Notes: generated from the letters alone by a model not told the origin. 32,000 nt of DNA from Candidatus Saccharimonadota bacterium (GCF_002214165.1 NZ_CP019964.1:300001-332000), one strand, 5' to 3'; positions 8,137 through 17,631 are shown, counted from the stretch's first letter. Numbers and translations: made by a program.

Positions 8137-10089
8137 ATGCCCAAAAATATCGGATTCTCAATAAAGGATATGGATCTTTCGGTTGACCCATTTGAAGATT
8201 TCTATAAGTACTCGGCAGGATCATGGATAAAAAGCCATCCGTTGCCAAAGGACAAAATACGCATCGACTCATTCTACGAACTTCACGACAGAAACCAACT
8301 TATACTGAAGGAGATAACTGAATCATGTGCGTATGGAAAGGCAAGGTACAAGAACGCAAAGATAATACGCGATTTCTATCTTTCGTATATTGATGATAAA
8401 ACAGTGGAGGGATTAAAATTCAAACCAATAAGCAGCATCATGGACAAGATAGCATCCATGAGCAGCAAATCACAGCTGCCCGAAATCGTGGCATCTATAA
8501 TACCGTTTGGGGCAATGCCTTTCTTCGATATTAATTCTTCTCCGGATGACCGGAACAGCAGCGTCTACGCATTGTACCTGTGGCAGGGAGGAATCACCCT
8601 GCCTGAAAGGGATTATTACTTAAGCAAAAATTTCTCAGCAATACTTGAGAAATACAAGGAACATATAGAAGAAATGTTCAGGATCTATGGAAAAGCATAC
8701 AAATCTCCGGAACTATCCGCCAAGGCCGTACTGAAATTGGAAACTTCCCTTGCAAAAGCCAGCAGGAGTTCCGCGGACACGAGAGATGCGATTAAAAATT
8801 ACAACAAAGCATCAGTAAAAGAGGTTTCATCAAAATATGCAAATTTCAATATAATAAAGATGTTCAAATCCCTCGGGGTAAATAAAATTCCATACTTTGT
8901 ATTAGGGCAGCCCGAGTTCTTTACCGCATTTGACAAAATGGTAAAGGAAAGCAGCTTAGATGACATAAAAGCATACCTTCAATGGAATGTACTACATGCA
9001 TCTGCTCCATTGCTTCATAAAAAGGTAAAAGATGAAAGTTTTAGGTTCTTCAATAAAGAGCTGCTGGGCCAGAAAAAAAGGAGCCCTAAATGGAAAAGGG
9101 CACTCTCTCTTATAGAATCCTTAATTGGTGAGGCTCTGGGGGAAGTATATGTTAAGGATAATTTTACAGACCGGAGCAGGAAGGAGGCGGAGAGGCTATT
9201 CAAGGACATCAAACAATCATTCAGGGCAAGGATACAGAAAGTGGATTGGATGAGTAACCAAACAAAAAGCAAGGCGATTGACAAGCTCGATTCAATAAAT
9301 GCTAAGATAGGATACCCAATAAAGTTCAGGGATTATTCAAAATTAAAGACTTCCCCAAAAGACCTGTTTGGGAATAAAATGAATGCATACATGCTCGAGT
9401 TTAACCGTGATATGAGTAGGATAGGAAAAGAGGTTGACAAGAACGAATGGCTGATGAATGCATACGAGGTAAATGCATATTACGACCAATCAAAGAATGA
9501 GATAGTCCTTCCAGCAGGGATATTCCAGCCTCCTTTCTTTGATTACAAGAAAGATTTTGCGATAAACTACGGAGCTATAGGAGGAGTGATAGGGCACGAG
9601 CTGACACATGGATTTGATGACCAAGGAAGCAAGTACGACAAGTTTGGCAATATCAACGAGTGGTGGACCAAAGCGGACAGGAAGAATTTCGGCGAGCGTG
9701 CAGGCAAGATAGTGGAATTATACGATTCACTTGAGATAATGCCAAATGTAAAGCTGGATGGAAGGCTCACATTGGGAGAGAATATTGCGGACTTGGGTGG
9801 CATAAGCATAGCATATGACGCATTGAAGAGCAGGATGAAAGAAGCAATGCCCTACAAGGCAGGAGGATTTAACAGAGAGCAATTATTCTTCATATCGTGG
9901 TCGCAGCTTTGGAAGGGAAATACAAGCGAAGGCGCACTGAAGATGCTTTCTAAGGTCGATCCTCATTCACCAGACAAATTCAGGGGAACGGTGCCTCCAG
10001 TAACGCATCCAGAATTCCCTGGAACATTCAAGCAGAAGTCAAAGCTAAAGAAGCCAAAATATAAATTCAAATACGTAAACTTGTGGTAA
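8137..10089 (+). CDS. M13-family zinc metallopeptidase (neprilysin / PepO-like endopeptidase)
   Basis: HExxH zinc motif in VIGHELTHGFD. A downstream ENIADLGG motif supplies the third zinc-ligand Glu. The N-terminal DPFEDFYKYSAGSW block is typical of M13 enzymes. No N-terminal signal peptide or TM anchor is visible. Confidence 0.9.
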   Translation: MPKNIGFSIKDMDLSVDPFEDFYKYSAGSWIKSHPLPKDKIRIDSFYELHDRNQLILKEITESCAYGKARYKNAKIIRDFYLSYIDDKTVEGLKFKPISSIMDKIASMSSKSQLPEIVASIIPFGAMPFFDINSSPDDRNSSVYALYLWQGGITLPERDYYLSKNFSAILEKYKEHIEEMFRIYGKAYKSPELSAKAVLKLETSLAKASRSSADTRDAIKNYNKASVKEVSSKYANFNIIKMFKSLGVNKIPYFVLGQPEFFTAFDKMVKESSLDDIKAYLQWNVLHASAPLLHKKVKDESFRFFNKELLGQKKRSPKWKRALSLIESLIGEALGEVYVKDNFTDRSRKEAERLFKDIKQSFRARIQKVDWMSNQTKSKAIDKLDSINAKIGYPIKFRDYSKLKTSPKDLFGNKMNAYMLEFNRDMSRIGKEVDKNEWLMNAYEVNAYYDQSKNEIVLPAGIFQPPFFDYKKDFAINYGAIGGVIGHELTHGFDDQGSKYDKFGNINEWWTKADRKNFGERAGKIVELYDSLEIMPNVKLDGRLTLGENIADLGGISIAYDALKSRMKEAMPYKAGGFNREQLFFISWSQLWKGNTSEGALKMLSKVDPHSPDKFRGTVPPVTHPEFPGTFKQKSKLKKPKYKFKYVNLW

Positions 10090-10226
10090 CCAATCGAATT
10101 CTGCCTAAATGTTATTGGTAATGCAAAACATAGAAGAGACTATAAAGTATGAAAGTATAAAATTTAATGATATGCAGATAAACTTAATCAGCAAAATGAT
10201 AAAACAGCCTTAAATCCCAAGCCCCC

Positions 10227-11726
10227 GTGTTGATTTTGAACCTTAACCTAAAAGATAACAAACACCTTTTCCTTGTATTATTAATTGTCCTGTATGTATT
10301 TTCATTGGTGGCGCTGTTCAGCATATACAATTTGCGGGGAGTGTCATGGGATTTTGTAGCACATTACTTGAATGCGAAATCTATGATAAGCAGCAATTTC
10401 CTAAACTACATCAAACCTCTAGGGCAAAGCACAATAGTAATAAACAGCCACATATACTTCGAGACCGACCGTGCACCTCTTGACTCTGTTATAATGGGCT
10501 TGATAATGCTTTCAGGCGCAAAGGAAATAATACCAATTTACATAACTATTCTTGCAACACTATTGTTCATCTCTATCTATTTATTTTCAAAATACTTCAA
10601 GGTTAATCCTCTTATATCCGCTTCGGTTATAATAACACCTTATATATTGAAGTTCTCTTTTCTACTGAACAGCTCAGGCGCACTTTCAATAGCAATGCTC
10701 CTAATCTCATTGGCATTAATAAAAAAAGGAAGCATCTACGCAGGTGCATTTATGGCATTGGCAGGTCTTGCAAAGTACATTTCAATAATCTTCTTCCCCT
10801 TATTGCTTTTGTTGGGCAGCAACAGGAAAAGAGCCGAATCCATTGCCTTGCTGTTTATCGTGTCCCTTCCATGGCTTCTATTCAACCTAATTGCATTAGG
10901 AAACCCGTTTTACAGCTATCTGGCGTCATTCAGCGTTTATTCAAATAGCACTCCGGGAGGCCTGCCGATTTTAGGCGCTATTGGAGAGGTCCTAGGAAAT
11001 CTTGTATTTCCAATAATAGTGCTATTGATTCTGGCGGGTTATCTATTTTACCGTAGATCAAGGATGTCCCGCAAAGACAACGATAAGAATATTATGCATT
11101 ATCTTCGTTCGAATATTGCAGACCTAAAGTCAATTATAATGAATAAGGGAGGCACGGCTCAGATATTGGCATCACTCTTTTTATTGTCTGTTATCCAGTA
11201 CCTGATTGTAGTGCCAAGGATGATGGAGTTTGATCAAATCAGGCTGAGCTATTTTGTTTATATCGCAATCGCATTGATGATTATTACGGCTTTAAATGGA
11301 TACCTAAGGAAGTTGCCTAAAAATAAAAATATAAGATTAATACCAACACTGGTAATAATGATAATATTCTCGGTAAGCCTGCTTAATGTGGCTTACCTAT
11401 CTTATTCTGTGAGGCAACCAAGTTCCAACTGGATGATCAGCGCCACCAATAATAGCACGTTGAAAGATACTGTTGCAGAACTACAGTTATACAATCTATC
11501 CAACTGCAATGTGGTTTCAAACTCATGGATTTACTTAAGGTATTATGGTATTAAGGCGTATTCCCCATTCTATTACAACAATACAATCCTAAAGTATCCT
11601 GTAGTATTGATAGAATACCAGGGAGTTAATGAGACTTACGTAAAGGACAAAGGAGCATCCCTTTTGTTCAAGGAGGATATGGTAGATATATATCTTCCAA
11701 GCGGCTTCGAGTGCGTAACAACCTAA
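10227..11726 (+). CDS. Polytopic integral membrane protein, possibly a GT-C-fold glycosyltransferase-like protein
   Basis: GTG start. More than ten hydrophobic segments by eye. An acidic motif (FETDRAP) sits in the first predicted loop, and the C-terminal ~100 aa appear soluble. The function is a guess from architecture only. Confidence 0.35.
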   Translation: MLILNLNLKDNKHLFLVLLIVLYVFSLVALFSIYNLRGVSWDFVAHYLNAKSMISSNFLNYIKPLGQSTIVINSHIYFETDRAPLDSVIMGLIMLSGAKEIIPIYITILATLLFISIYLFSKYFKVNPLISASVIITPYILKFSFLLNSSGALSIAMLLISLALIKKGSIYAGAFMALAGLAKYISIIFFPLLLLLGSNRKRAESIALLFIVSLPWLLFNLIALGNPFYSYLASFSVYSNSTPGGLPILGAIGEVLGNLVFPIIVLLILAGYLFYRRSRMSRKDNDKNIMHYLRSNIADLKSIIMNKGGTAQILASLFLLSVIQYLIVVPRMMEFDQIRLSYFVYIAIALMIITALNGYLRKLPKNKNIRLIPTLVIMIIFSVSLLNVAYLSYSVRQPSSNWMISATNNSTLKDTVAELQLYNLSNCNVVSNSWIYLRYYGIKAYSPFYYNNTILKYPVVLIEYQGVNETYVKDKGASLLFKEDMVDIYLPSGFECVTT

Positions 11727-11893
11727 TTATAACGCTACCAGAGTCTTGGGCAAATAACAATGCATAGCATATTGCAAATAACAAACAATTGAAGCCGATT
11801 CTATAAAATGTGAATGCCTGTGTTATCATATAACAACATTTAAATACTTATTAGTTTAATAATAAACTACTGAAGCTTATTATTTATAATTAG

Positions 11894-12619
11894 GTGATGA
11901 ATTTTACCAAGCAAGTCAAAAGTGTAATAGAGGTCAAAAATCTAGTCAAGATGTACAGCTACGGAAATTCCGAGTTCGCAGCTTTGGATTCTATAAGCTT
12001 TGATGTAAAACTAGGTGAATTCGTATCAATAATAGGGCCTTCTGGATCTGGAAAGACTACTCTTCTAAATATGCTAAGTGCCATGGACAGGCCAACAAGC
12101 GGGGATGTAATAATAAACGGCAACAATATAAACGAGTTGTCAAATTCAGAATTAGCAACTTTGAGGAACCGCGAGATAGGTTTTATATTCCAGTCATTCA
12201 ATCTGATAAATACGATGACTGCACTGGAGAATGTAGAGCTTCCTTTAATGCTGCAAGATGTTGATAGAAAAGAGAGAGATGTAAGGGCAATGGAGCTCCT
12301 GAAGATGCTTGGAATCGACAACCGCGCCCATAACCTCCCATTGATGATGTCTGGAGGGCAGCAGCAAAGGGTTGCAATAGCAAGGGCAATAATTACCAAG
12401 CCAAAGATAATATTGGGAGATGAGCCAACAGGCAACCTCAATACGGAGGACACGGAAGTGGTTATGGGGATTCTTGAAGACATACATAAGAATTTCGGAA
12501 ATACCCTGGTCATAGTTACGCACAATCCTGAAGTTGCCAATAGGGCGGAAAGGATAATACGGATAAAGGATGGAAAGATAGAAGGCATAGACAGCAAACT
12601 TAAGCTTAAAGAGATATAA
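11894..12619 (+). CDS. ABC transporter ATP-binding protein, MacB/LolD/FtsE-like
   Basis: Walker A GPSGSGKTT, Q-loop, signature MSGGQQQRVAIARA, Walker B ILGDEPTGNL, and H-loop VTHN. The start is either GTG 11894 or the adjacent ATG 11897. Confidence 0.95.
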   Translation: MMNFTKQVKSVIEVKNLVKMYSYGNSEFAALDSISFDVKLGEFVSIIGPSGSGKTTLLNMLSAMDRPTSGDVIINGNNINELSNSELATLRNREIGFIFQSFNLINTMTALENVELPLMLQDVDRKERDVRAMELLKMLGIDNRAHNLPLMMSGGQQQRVAIARAIITKPKIILGDEPTGNLNTEDTEVVMGILEDIHKNFGNTLVIVTHNPEVANRAERIIRIKDGKIEGIDSKLKLKEI

Positions 12620-12630
12620 GAGGGATAAAA

Positions 12631-14379
12631 ATGTCAAAATTTATAGTATACTTGTCGGTTATGATTTTTGCCACTGCGTTATTGGGAGTTGCATCCGCAC
12701 AGGGTTCTGATTCATTTACGCTGATAAACGCGTATTTTGGCTCCAATGGGACAGTAATAAATCCGGTTCCAGGGCAGAACAGTGTCCCTTTGACTCTGGT
12801 AATTGAGAGTAACCAAGACAAGCTGCTTTCCAATACCTCACTTGAACTATACAATTTCAATTCCGGTTTTAAGCCCATAAATGGCCAAGGCAGCATAACA
12901 GAGGAGTTGCCGGATGTAAAGCCAGACCAGACATTTTCAATTACCTATTACATAGATATACCATCTTATGCAAGGGAAGGCACATACTACCTCGATCTTG
13001 AGATAGAGCCTAACAACACGGTTTCTGAGGAATACACAATGCTGGTGCCTTTCATATACGGCGGAGTTCCAAGCATAAAGTACACATCAGATGCCCCACA
13101 TTTGATTCCAGGAGAAATAAACAATTTAACAATAAATATAAATGACACAGGCTCAGGCAGCGTTACTTCACTACAGCCATATTTTTCATCAGAGCAGCCA
13201 ATTAATGGACAAAATTCAAGCATCCCTTCAATCAAAGTTTTAAGTTCTCCTGCCAAGATTGGTTATCTTGGGGTAAACCAGACAGTTCAGGAAAATCTCA
13301 GCGTCTATGTCCCAGAGAGTGCAGCCGGATCGATTGCAAATATCGAAATAACCTCAAAATACCTAAACTATTACGGGCAGCAGGGAATGCAGAATTATAC
13401 ACTGAGCATACCGGTCGAAGCCCCGTCAAACTTGGTAATAAATGAAACCGACAGTTCGGCATACTTAGGAAAATCAACAGCCCTTGCATTTAAAATAGAA
13501 AACATAGGAGGTTCAGCAGTTAAATCGGTCGTTGCCACTTTGTCTACAGAAGTATCAGGAATATCAATAACGGGCAACAGCACTTCATATTTCACAAGCA
13601 TTCCTGCAGGGTCTAATGTGACCTACTCACCAACAATAGCGGTTGGTCCATCTGTAAGCGAAGGAGGTTATGCAGGAACTTTGGACATATCATATGAGAA
13701 TCAGCTGGGGCAGCAGGAGCAGATAAGCTATCCGATTGGGTTCACCGCAGTAGGATTGACAAGCTTGGTTACTGAAACACCTTCTGTATCAGCCATATCG
13801 GAAGTTGGCAATGTGCCAATAGCAACGGTATCAGGAAGCTTGGTTGATGAAGGATCGGGAAATGCTTACTATGTCACGGTATATGCATACTTAAAGAGCA
13901 ATGGCAAGGTTATAGGAAGCAATTCCTCATATGTAGGAGAGATACAGCTGAATTCCCCAATGCCATTCAGTGTTACTGTAATACCTAACACGACAAATTC
14001 CAATAGCTTTGCAGCAGGGTTTGCAGGAAAAGGAGGATTCGCAAATAAAACCGGGGCTTTTGCAAACAGAACAACAGCGAACAAGTCAGCAGCAAACAGC
14101 ACTGACGCAGCAGAGCCCAATTACCAAAATCTTACAATTGAGGTTTATGAAAAGTACCAGAATTCATTCAGCCAGAATATGGTATCCACCCCGGAGACAT
14201 TTGCAGTCCCTAAGCCTGTCGCATACAACGCATCCGCATTTGCAAAGTACAAAGTAAAGACCAATAATTACACAGGATACTATGTGATAGCTGCAGTAAT
14301 AATAGTAATAATATTGGCATTTGCCTACAGAAGCAAGAAATCAAAATCCAAGAAGCACAGGACAGGATCAGTAATATGA
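12631..14379 (+). CDS. Secreted, C-terminally membrane-anchored surface protein with COG1361/CARDB-like beta-rich modules
   Basis: Sec-type signal peptide (MSKFIVYLSVMIFATALLGVASAQG). Repeated modules follow the pattern KIENIGGSAVKSVVATLS...IPAGSNVTYSPTIAV...GGYAGTLDISYENQLGQQ. An Ala/Asn/Gly-rich linker precedes a C-terminal TM helix (YYVIAAVIIVIILAFAY) and a basic tail (RSKKSKSKKHR). GAGGG lies upstream of the ATG. The gene sits between the ABC ATPase and permease genes. Confidence 0.7.
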   Translation: MSKFIVYLSVMIFATALLGVASAQGSDSFTLINAYFGSNGTVINPVPGQNSVPLTLVIESNQDKLLSNTSLELYNFNSGFKPINGQGSITEELPDVKPDQTFSITYYIDIPSYAREGTYYLDLEIEPNNTVSEEYTMLVPFIYGGVPSIKYTSDAPHLIPGEINNLTININDTGSGSVTSLQPYFSSEQPINGQNSSIPSIKVLSSPAKIGYLGVNQTVQENLSVYVPESAAGSIANIEITSKYLNYYGQQGMQNYTLSIPVEAPSNLVINETDSSAYLGKSTALAFKIENIGGSAVKSVVATLSTEVSGISITGNSTSYFTSIPAGSNVTYSPTIAVGPSVSEGGYAGTLDISYENQLGQQEQISYPIGFTAVGLTSLVTETPSVSAISEVGNVPIATVSGSLVDEGSGNAYYVTVYAYLKSNGKVIGSNSSYVGEIQLNSPMPFSVTVIPNTTNSNSFAAGFAGKGGFANKTGAFANRTTANKSAANSTDAAEPNYQNLTIEVYEKYQNSFSQNMVSTPETFAVPKPVAYNASAFAKYKVKTNNYTGYYVIAAVIIVIILAFAYRSKKSKSKKHRTGSVI

Positions 14380-14392
14380 AATAGGTGGTTAG

Positions 14393-15760
14393 ATGAAGCA
14401 GCAGGATATACTGGGTATAGTAATAAACTATATGAGGCAGAAAAAGGTCAGGACTACCCTTACCGTATTCGGCATAATGCTGGGTCCCGCTGCAATAGTA
14501 GCCCTTTTAGGCCTTGTCGGAGGATTTGGGGCTTATATAACATCCGAATTGGGTAGCACAGGGGTTACGACAATCTATGCCACGCCCCTGCCCAATTTTA
14601 CCTTAAACAATAATGTGGTACACACGATAAGCGGAATGGAGGGCGTCAAGGTTGCGCTTCCATACTATACGGCCAGCGGAACATTGACGCAAGGTACTCA
14701 AAATACTTCCGTAAGCATATATGCGGTCAACATATCCGCTGTTCCGGAAATAATACCCAACCTAAAGCTTCAGAACGGGTCCATACCTTCCAATGGATTT
14801 TATACGGCAGCTGTTGTTGGCTATGACATTGCCCACCCAAACATAACAGGAGCAAGGAATATTTCATTAAACCAGGTTATAACAGTAAACGGCAATTCCG
14901 GATTCGCAGGGTTTGGAGGAGCGTCTGCAAGTCCAAAGAGCTATTCATTCCTTGTGCATGGTATATATGCTCATTTTGGGCAGGCATTGTTCTTAAGCCC
15001 TGACAGCTCAATATTCATACCTTTGTCCGGAGGAATTCTCCTTACGAATGACACCGGAAAATACAGCGGCATACTAATATCTGCAACTAATGCATCTTCC
15101 GTAAGCTTGGTAAGCTCTGAATTGACTGCGGAATACGGCAATAATATCAAAGTAATAACCGTCTCAAGCATACTTTCTGAAATAGAATCGATAGAAAGCA
15201 GCATTTCGCTTATACTTCTCGCTGTTGCATCAATATCACTGCTTGTCGCGTTCGTAAGCATAGTCACGACGATGTATTCATCTGTTACCGAGAGGACTAC
15301 AGAAATAGGGATAATGAAGGCGCTTGGATTTACAAGCAACAAGATAATGCTTGTATTCCTTTACGAGTCCTTGATAATTGGCCTTATAGGAGGAGTTTTT
15401 GGAGTTGCATTAGGCACTGCAGGAAGCTATGGAGCAAGCGCTGTGATGAGCCATCTATCCGTGGGCAGCTCCTCTGCAGGTCCACCAGCAGCTTCATCAT
15501 CATTTGGGGGAAGTTCATCATTCGGTTCAAGCAAAGGTGCAGGATTTTCGGGCCGCAGTGGATTTTCCGGAGGGAGTGGATTTTCAGGTTCTGGATCAAG
15601 CACAATATCAAGCTCAAGCATCAATATAACGCCTGTTATATCGTTGCAGCTTATACTTGAGGTAATACTTCTTACTATAACAATAGGAGTGCTTGCCGGG
15701 ATATTCCCCGCATGGAAGGCGTCAAGGCTCGTCCCCGCAGAAGCACTTAGGTCAAACTGA
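14393..15760 (+). CDS. ABC transporter permease, MacB/FtsX family, with a Gly/Ser/Phe-rich insertion
   Basis: An N-terminal TM helix, then a ~230-aa extracytoplasmic domain, then the FtsX-type TM bundle (TEIGIMKALGFTSNKIMLVFLYESLIIGLIGG...). The C-terminal PAWKASRLVPAEALR motif is typical of the family. GGTGG lies 4 nt upstream of the ATG. Confidence 0.9.
   Translation: MKQQDILGIVINYMRQKKVRTTLTVFGIMLGPAAIVALLGLVGGFGAYITSELGSTGVTTIYATPLPNFTLNNNVVHTISGMEGVKVALPYYTASGTLTQGTQNTSVSIYAVNISAVPEIIPNLKLQNGSIPSNGFYTAAVVGYDIAHPNITGARNISLNQVITVNGNSGFAGFGGASASPKSYSFLVHGIYAHFGQALFLSPDSSIFIPLSGGILLTNDTGKYSGILISATNASSVSLVSSELTAEYGNNIKVITVSSILSEIESIESSISLILLAVASISLLVAFVSIVTTMYSSVTERTTEIGIMKALGFTSNKIMLVFLYESLIIGLIGGVFGVALGTAGSYGASAVMSHLSVGSSSAGPPAASSSFGGSSSFGSSKGAGFSGRSGFSGGSGFSGSGSSTISSSSINITPVISLQLILEVILLTITIGVLAGIFPAWKASRLVPAEALRSN
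15542..15595 (+). repeat. Three tandem 18-nt repeats (GGATTTTCNGGNNNNNGN) encoding GFSGRS-GFSGGS-GFSGSG within the permease gene
   Basis: Direct reading: ggattttcgggccgcagt / ggattttccggagggagt / ggattttcaggttctgga. The repeats sit inside a ~55-aa Ser/Gly-rich segment (about 15461-15620). Confidence 0.85.
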
Positions 15761-15792
15761 TTAAGAAGAAGCAATAAAATAGGAGTAGCTGT

Positions 15793-16269
15793 CTAACTTT
15801 TTAATCTTTCAATCTCCTCCTTTATAGTGATCTCAATCGGCTGCTCCCCTTCCTTGTAATGGTACCTCCTCCTAGGCAAATATTTATAAAATCCATCCTT
15901 GTAATTCCTAGGTATCAAATGCACATGCGCATGAGGGATGCTCTGGCTGACTATTGTGTTGTTCAATATCACTATGCCCTCCGACTTAGTGGCTTTAATT
16001 ACCGCTCTTGATATGAATTTAACATCAGAAAAAAGCTTTGCGATTATAGGATCCGGTATATCAAGCAGTGTCTTGTAATGTTCTTTTGGTATGACTAATG
16101 TATGCCCGGGGAATACAGGATTTTTATCAAGAAATGCGATTACATCATCGTCTTCATACACCATATCCGCCGTCAATTCCTTTGACACTATTTTGCAGAA
16201 CACGCAGCCATCCTTTTCCCAGTTGCTTATCAATTTACCACTCCAATATCTAAAATCAGCGTATACCAA
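15793..16269 (-). CDS. HIT-family (histidine triad) nucleotide hydrolase/transferase
   Basis: Histidine triad HAHVHLIP, an N-terminal CVFCKI motif, and typical length. Confidence 0.9.
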   Translation of the reverse strand: MVYADFRYWSGKLISNWEKDGCVFCKIVSKELTADMVYEDDDVIAFLDKNPVFPGHTLVIPKEHYKTLLDIPDPIIAKLFSDVKFISRAVIKATKSEGIVILNNTIVSQSIPHAHVHLIPRNYKDGFYKYLPRRRYHYKEGEQPIEITIKEEIERLKS

Positions 16270-16792
16270 ATTTTTCTTTCCAACTGCTATGAAGGTTCTT
16301 TACGGATATGTCAAACAGCTCTTCATTGCCGAACGCTATAAATCCCTTTTTATCCTCATATATTATCTCTTTTATTTTGGACTGTGTATAAATTTTTTCG
16401 GCACATCTGGTGCAGTATGGTTTGAGTTCCTCAAATTTGAACACCTTTCCATCCTTTGACCTTACAACTACCATCGACGCACCCTCAGAATCCTCTACAC
16501 TTAGCTTTTTGTCAAATAGCATGTTGTTTATAGCAGATTCCTCTGCATGCACGGAATAACAGAGCTCAAGCCCTATCCCATTATGGAGATCCTGCTTTCT
16601 CCTAGGGCATTTGTCACAGGTGTAACCTTTGATCTCAGGGACATAATTGTACCCTTCGCCAAGCACCTTCCCATCTTTGAATATGACTGCGCCATAATTC
16701 GATTCAAAGCAATCGCTGTTTTTAAGAAGTTCCTCTGCCCTATCTCTGTAAGCTTTGATAGCTGCTGCTTCCTCCTCGCTTAAATGTCTCAT
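16256..16792 (-). CDS. Cytidine/deoxycytidylate deaminase family protein (probable dCMP deaminase)
   Basis: Zinc-binding motifs HAEESAI and PYCTRCAEKI (H-A-E ... P-C-x-x-C). The gene overlaps the downstream HIT gene by 14 nt. Confidence 0.8.
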   Translation of the reverse strand: MRHLSEEEAAAIKAYRDRAEELLKNSDCFESNYGAVIFKDGKVLGEGYNYVPEIKGYTCDKCPRRKQDLHNGIGLELCYSVHAEESAINNMLFDKKLSVEDSEGASMVVVRSKDGKVFKFEELKPYCTRCAEKIYTQSKIKEIIYEDKKGFIAFGNEELFDISVKNLHSSWKEKFGIR

Positions 16793-16862
16793 GGAATCAA
16801 AATTCTATAAATTTAAATATTTATAAACCTTTTTAAATTCTAGCCCTTAAATCCAAAAAGCT

Positions 16863-17489
16863 TCAATCTAAATTTGAAAGGTCTACCTCATATACCTCCC
16901 CCGCAGGAGATTTCTCCTTGAAAATCTGTGTCTGGAATTTATATAATTTAGCGGAACCATCCTTCCATTCATTTCCTTTAAGCCCTGCCTTCATGCATAC
17001 CTCCTCAAGGAAAGTCTTGCTGTCAAACTTCTCTTCAACCGCAACTATAGGAAGGAGCAGGCCGCTGTATCCTTGGTATTCGATCAAAAGGCCGTCTTCG
17101 CCTATATTGACATTTTCCATTAGGTAATCAGGATTCCCTTCAATCCTCTCCATAGGTGATAGCACACTGACTTCCAATACAACATTGCCCAATTCGCCTT
17201 TCCCTAAAGAGCCGAATCTATAATCTTCAAATGCAGCTGACAGTGCAGCATCTATTACACTATCCCTAAGTTTTCCAACAGCCCTTGGAAAACCTACGCA
17301 CCCCCTTAAATTGGAGTTTTTGTAATTGTACAGGGTTACAAATATTCCATATCTTTTATCAAATCCACTGCCTTTTAGTTTTGATTCTATTTCATTTCTA
17401 TCGAAATCTGATCTGTTTAGATACTCGGTGATCGATTCCCTAGCTGCCCATACCAGTTTGACCCCATCATCAAAATTAAGGTAATTCAT
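16863..17489 (-). CDS. AMMECR1 domain protein
   Basis: The characteristic LRGCVGFP motif and a ~200 aa length are typical of archaeal AMMECR1 homologues. Confidence 0.85.
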   Translation of the reverse strand: MNYLNFDDGVKLVWAARESITEYLNRSDFDRNEIESKLKGSGFDKRYGIFVTLYNYKNSNLRGCVGFPRAVGKLRDSVIDAALSAAFEDYRFGSLGKGELGNVVLEVSVLSPMERIEGNPDYLMENVNIGEDGLLIEYQGYSGLLLPIVAVEEKFDSKTFLEEVCMKAGLKGNEWKDGSAKLYKFQTQIFKEKSPAGEVYEVDLSNLD

Positions 17490-17631
17490 TTTATCAACTT
17501 TATTGCCATAATGGGCGTAATAAGACCAATCAAATTATGGGTTTTCAAGATATATATACCTATCAGAAAATCAAAAACTCGTGGAATTTACCCGGGCAAT
17601 CAAAATAGCATCAAATTTAACAAAGTGAGCG

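Noticed and set aside
10121-10213. A 30-aa ATG-initiated small ORF (MQNIEETIKYESIKFNDMQINLISKMIKQP) between the M13 peptidase gene and the membrane protein gene
   Set aside because: There is no convincing ribosome-binding site, no motif and no hydrophobic segment. At this length it is indistinguishable from chance in AT-rich intergenic DNA.
11893-11899. A C-box-like GTGATGA, suggesting a C/D box sRNA
   Set aside because: It coincides with the start codon region of the ABC ATPase gene, and no D box (CTGA) lies at an appropriate distance.
11959-12637. Long minus-strand ORFs (212 aa and 130 aa) opposite the ABC ATPase gene
   Set aside because: They are antisense shadows of a gene with a complete Walker A / signature / Walker B motif set. 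Their translations are low-complexity and match no recognisable family.
15427-15774. 115-aa minus-strand ORF over the Gly/Ser-rich part of the permease gene
   Set aside because: It is the reverse-complement reading of a low-complexity coding repeat (Pro/Glu-rich mirror). The FtsX C-terminal motif on the plus strand explains the region.
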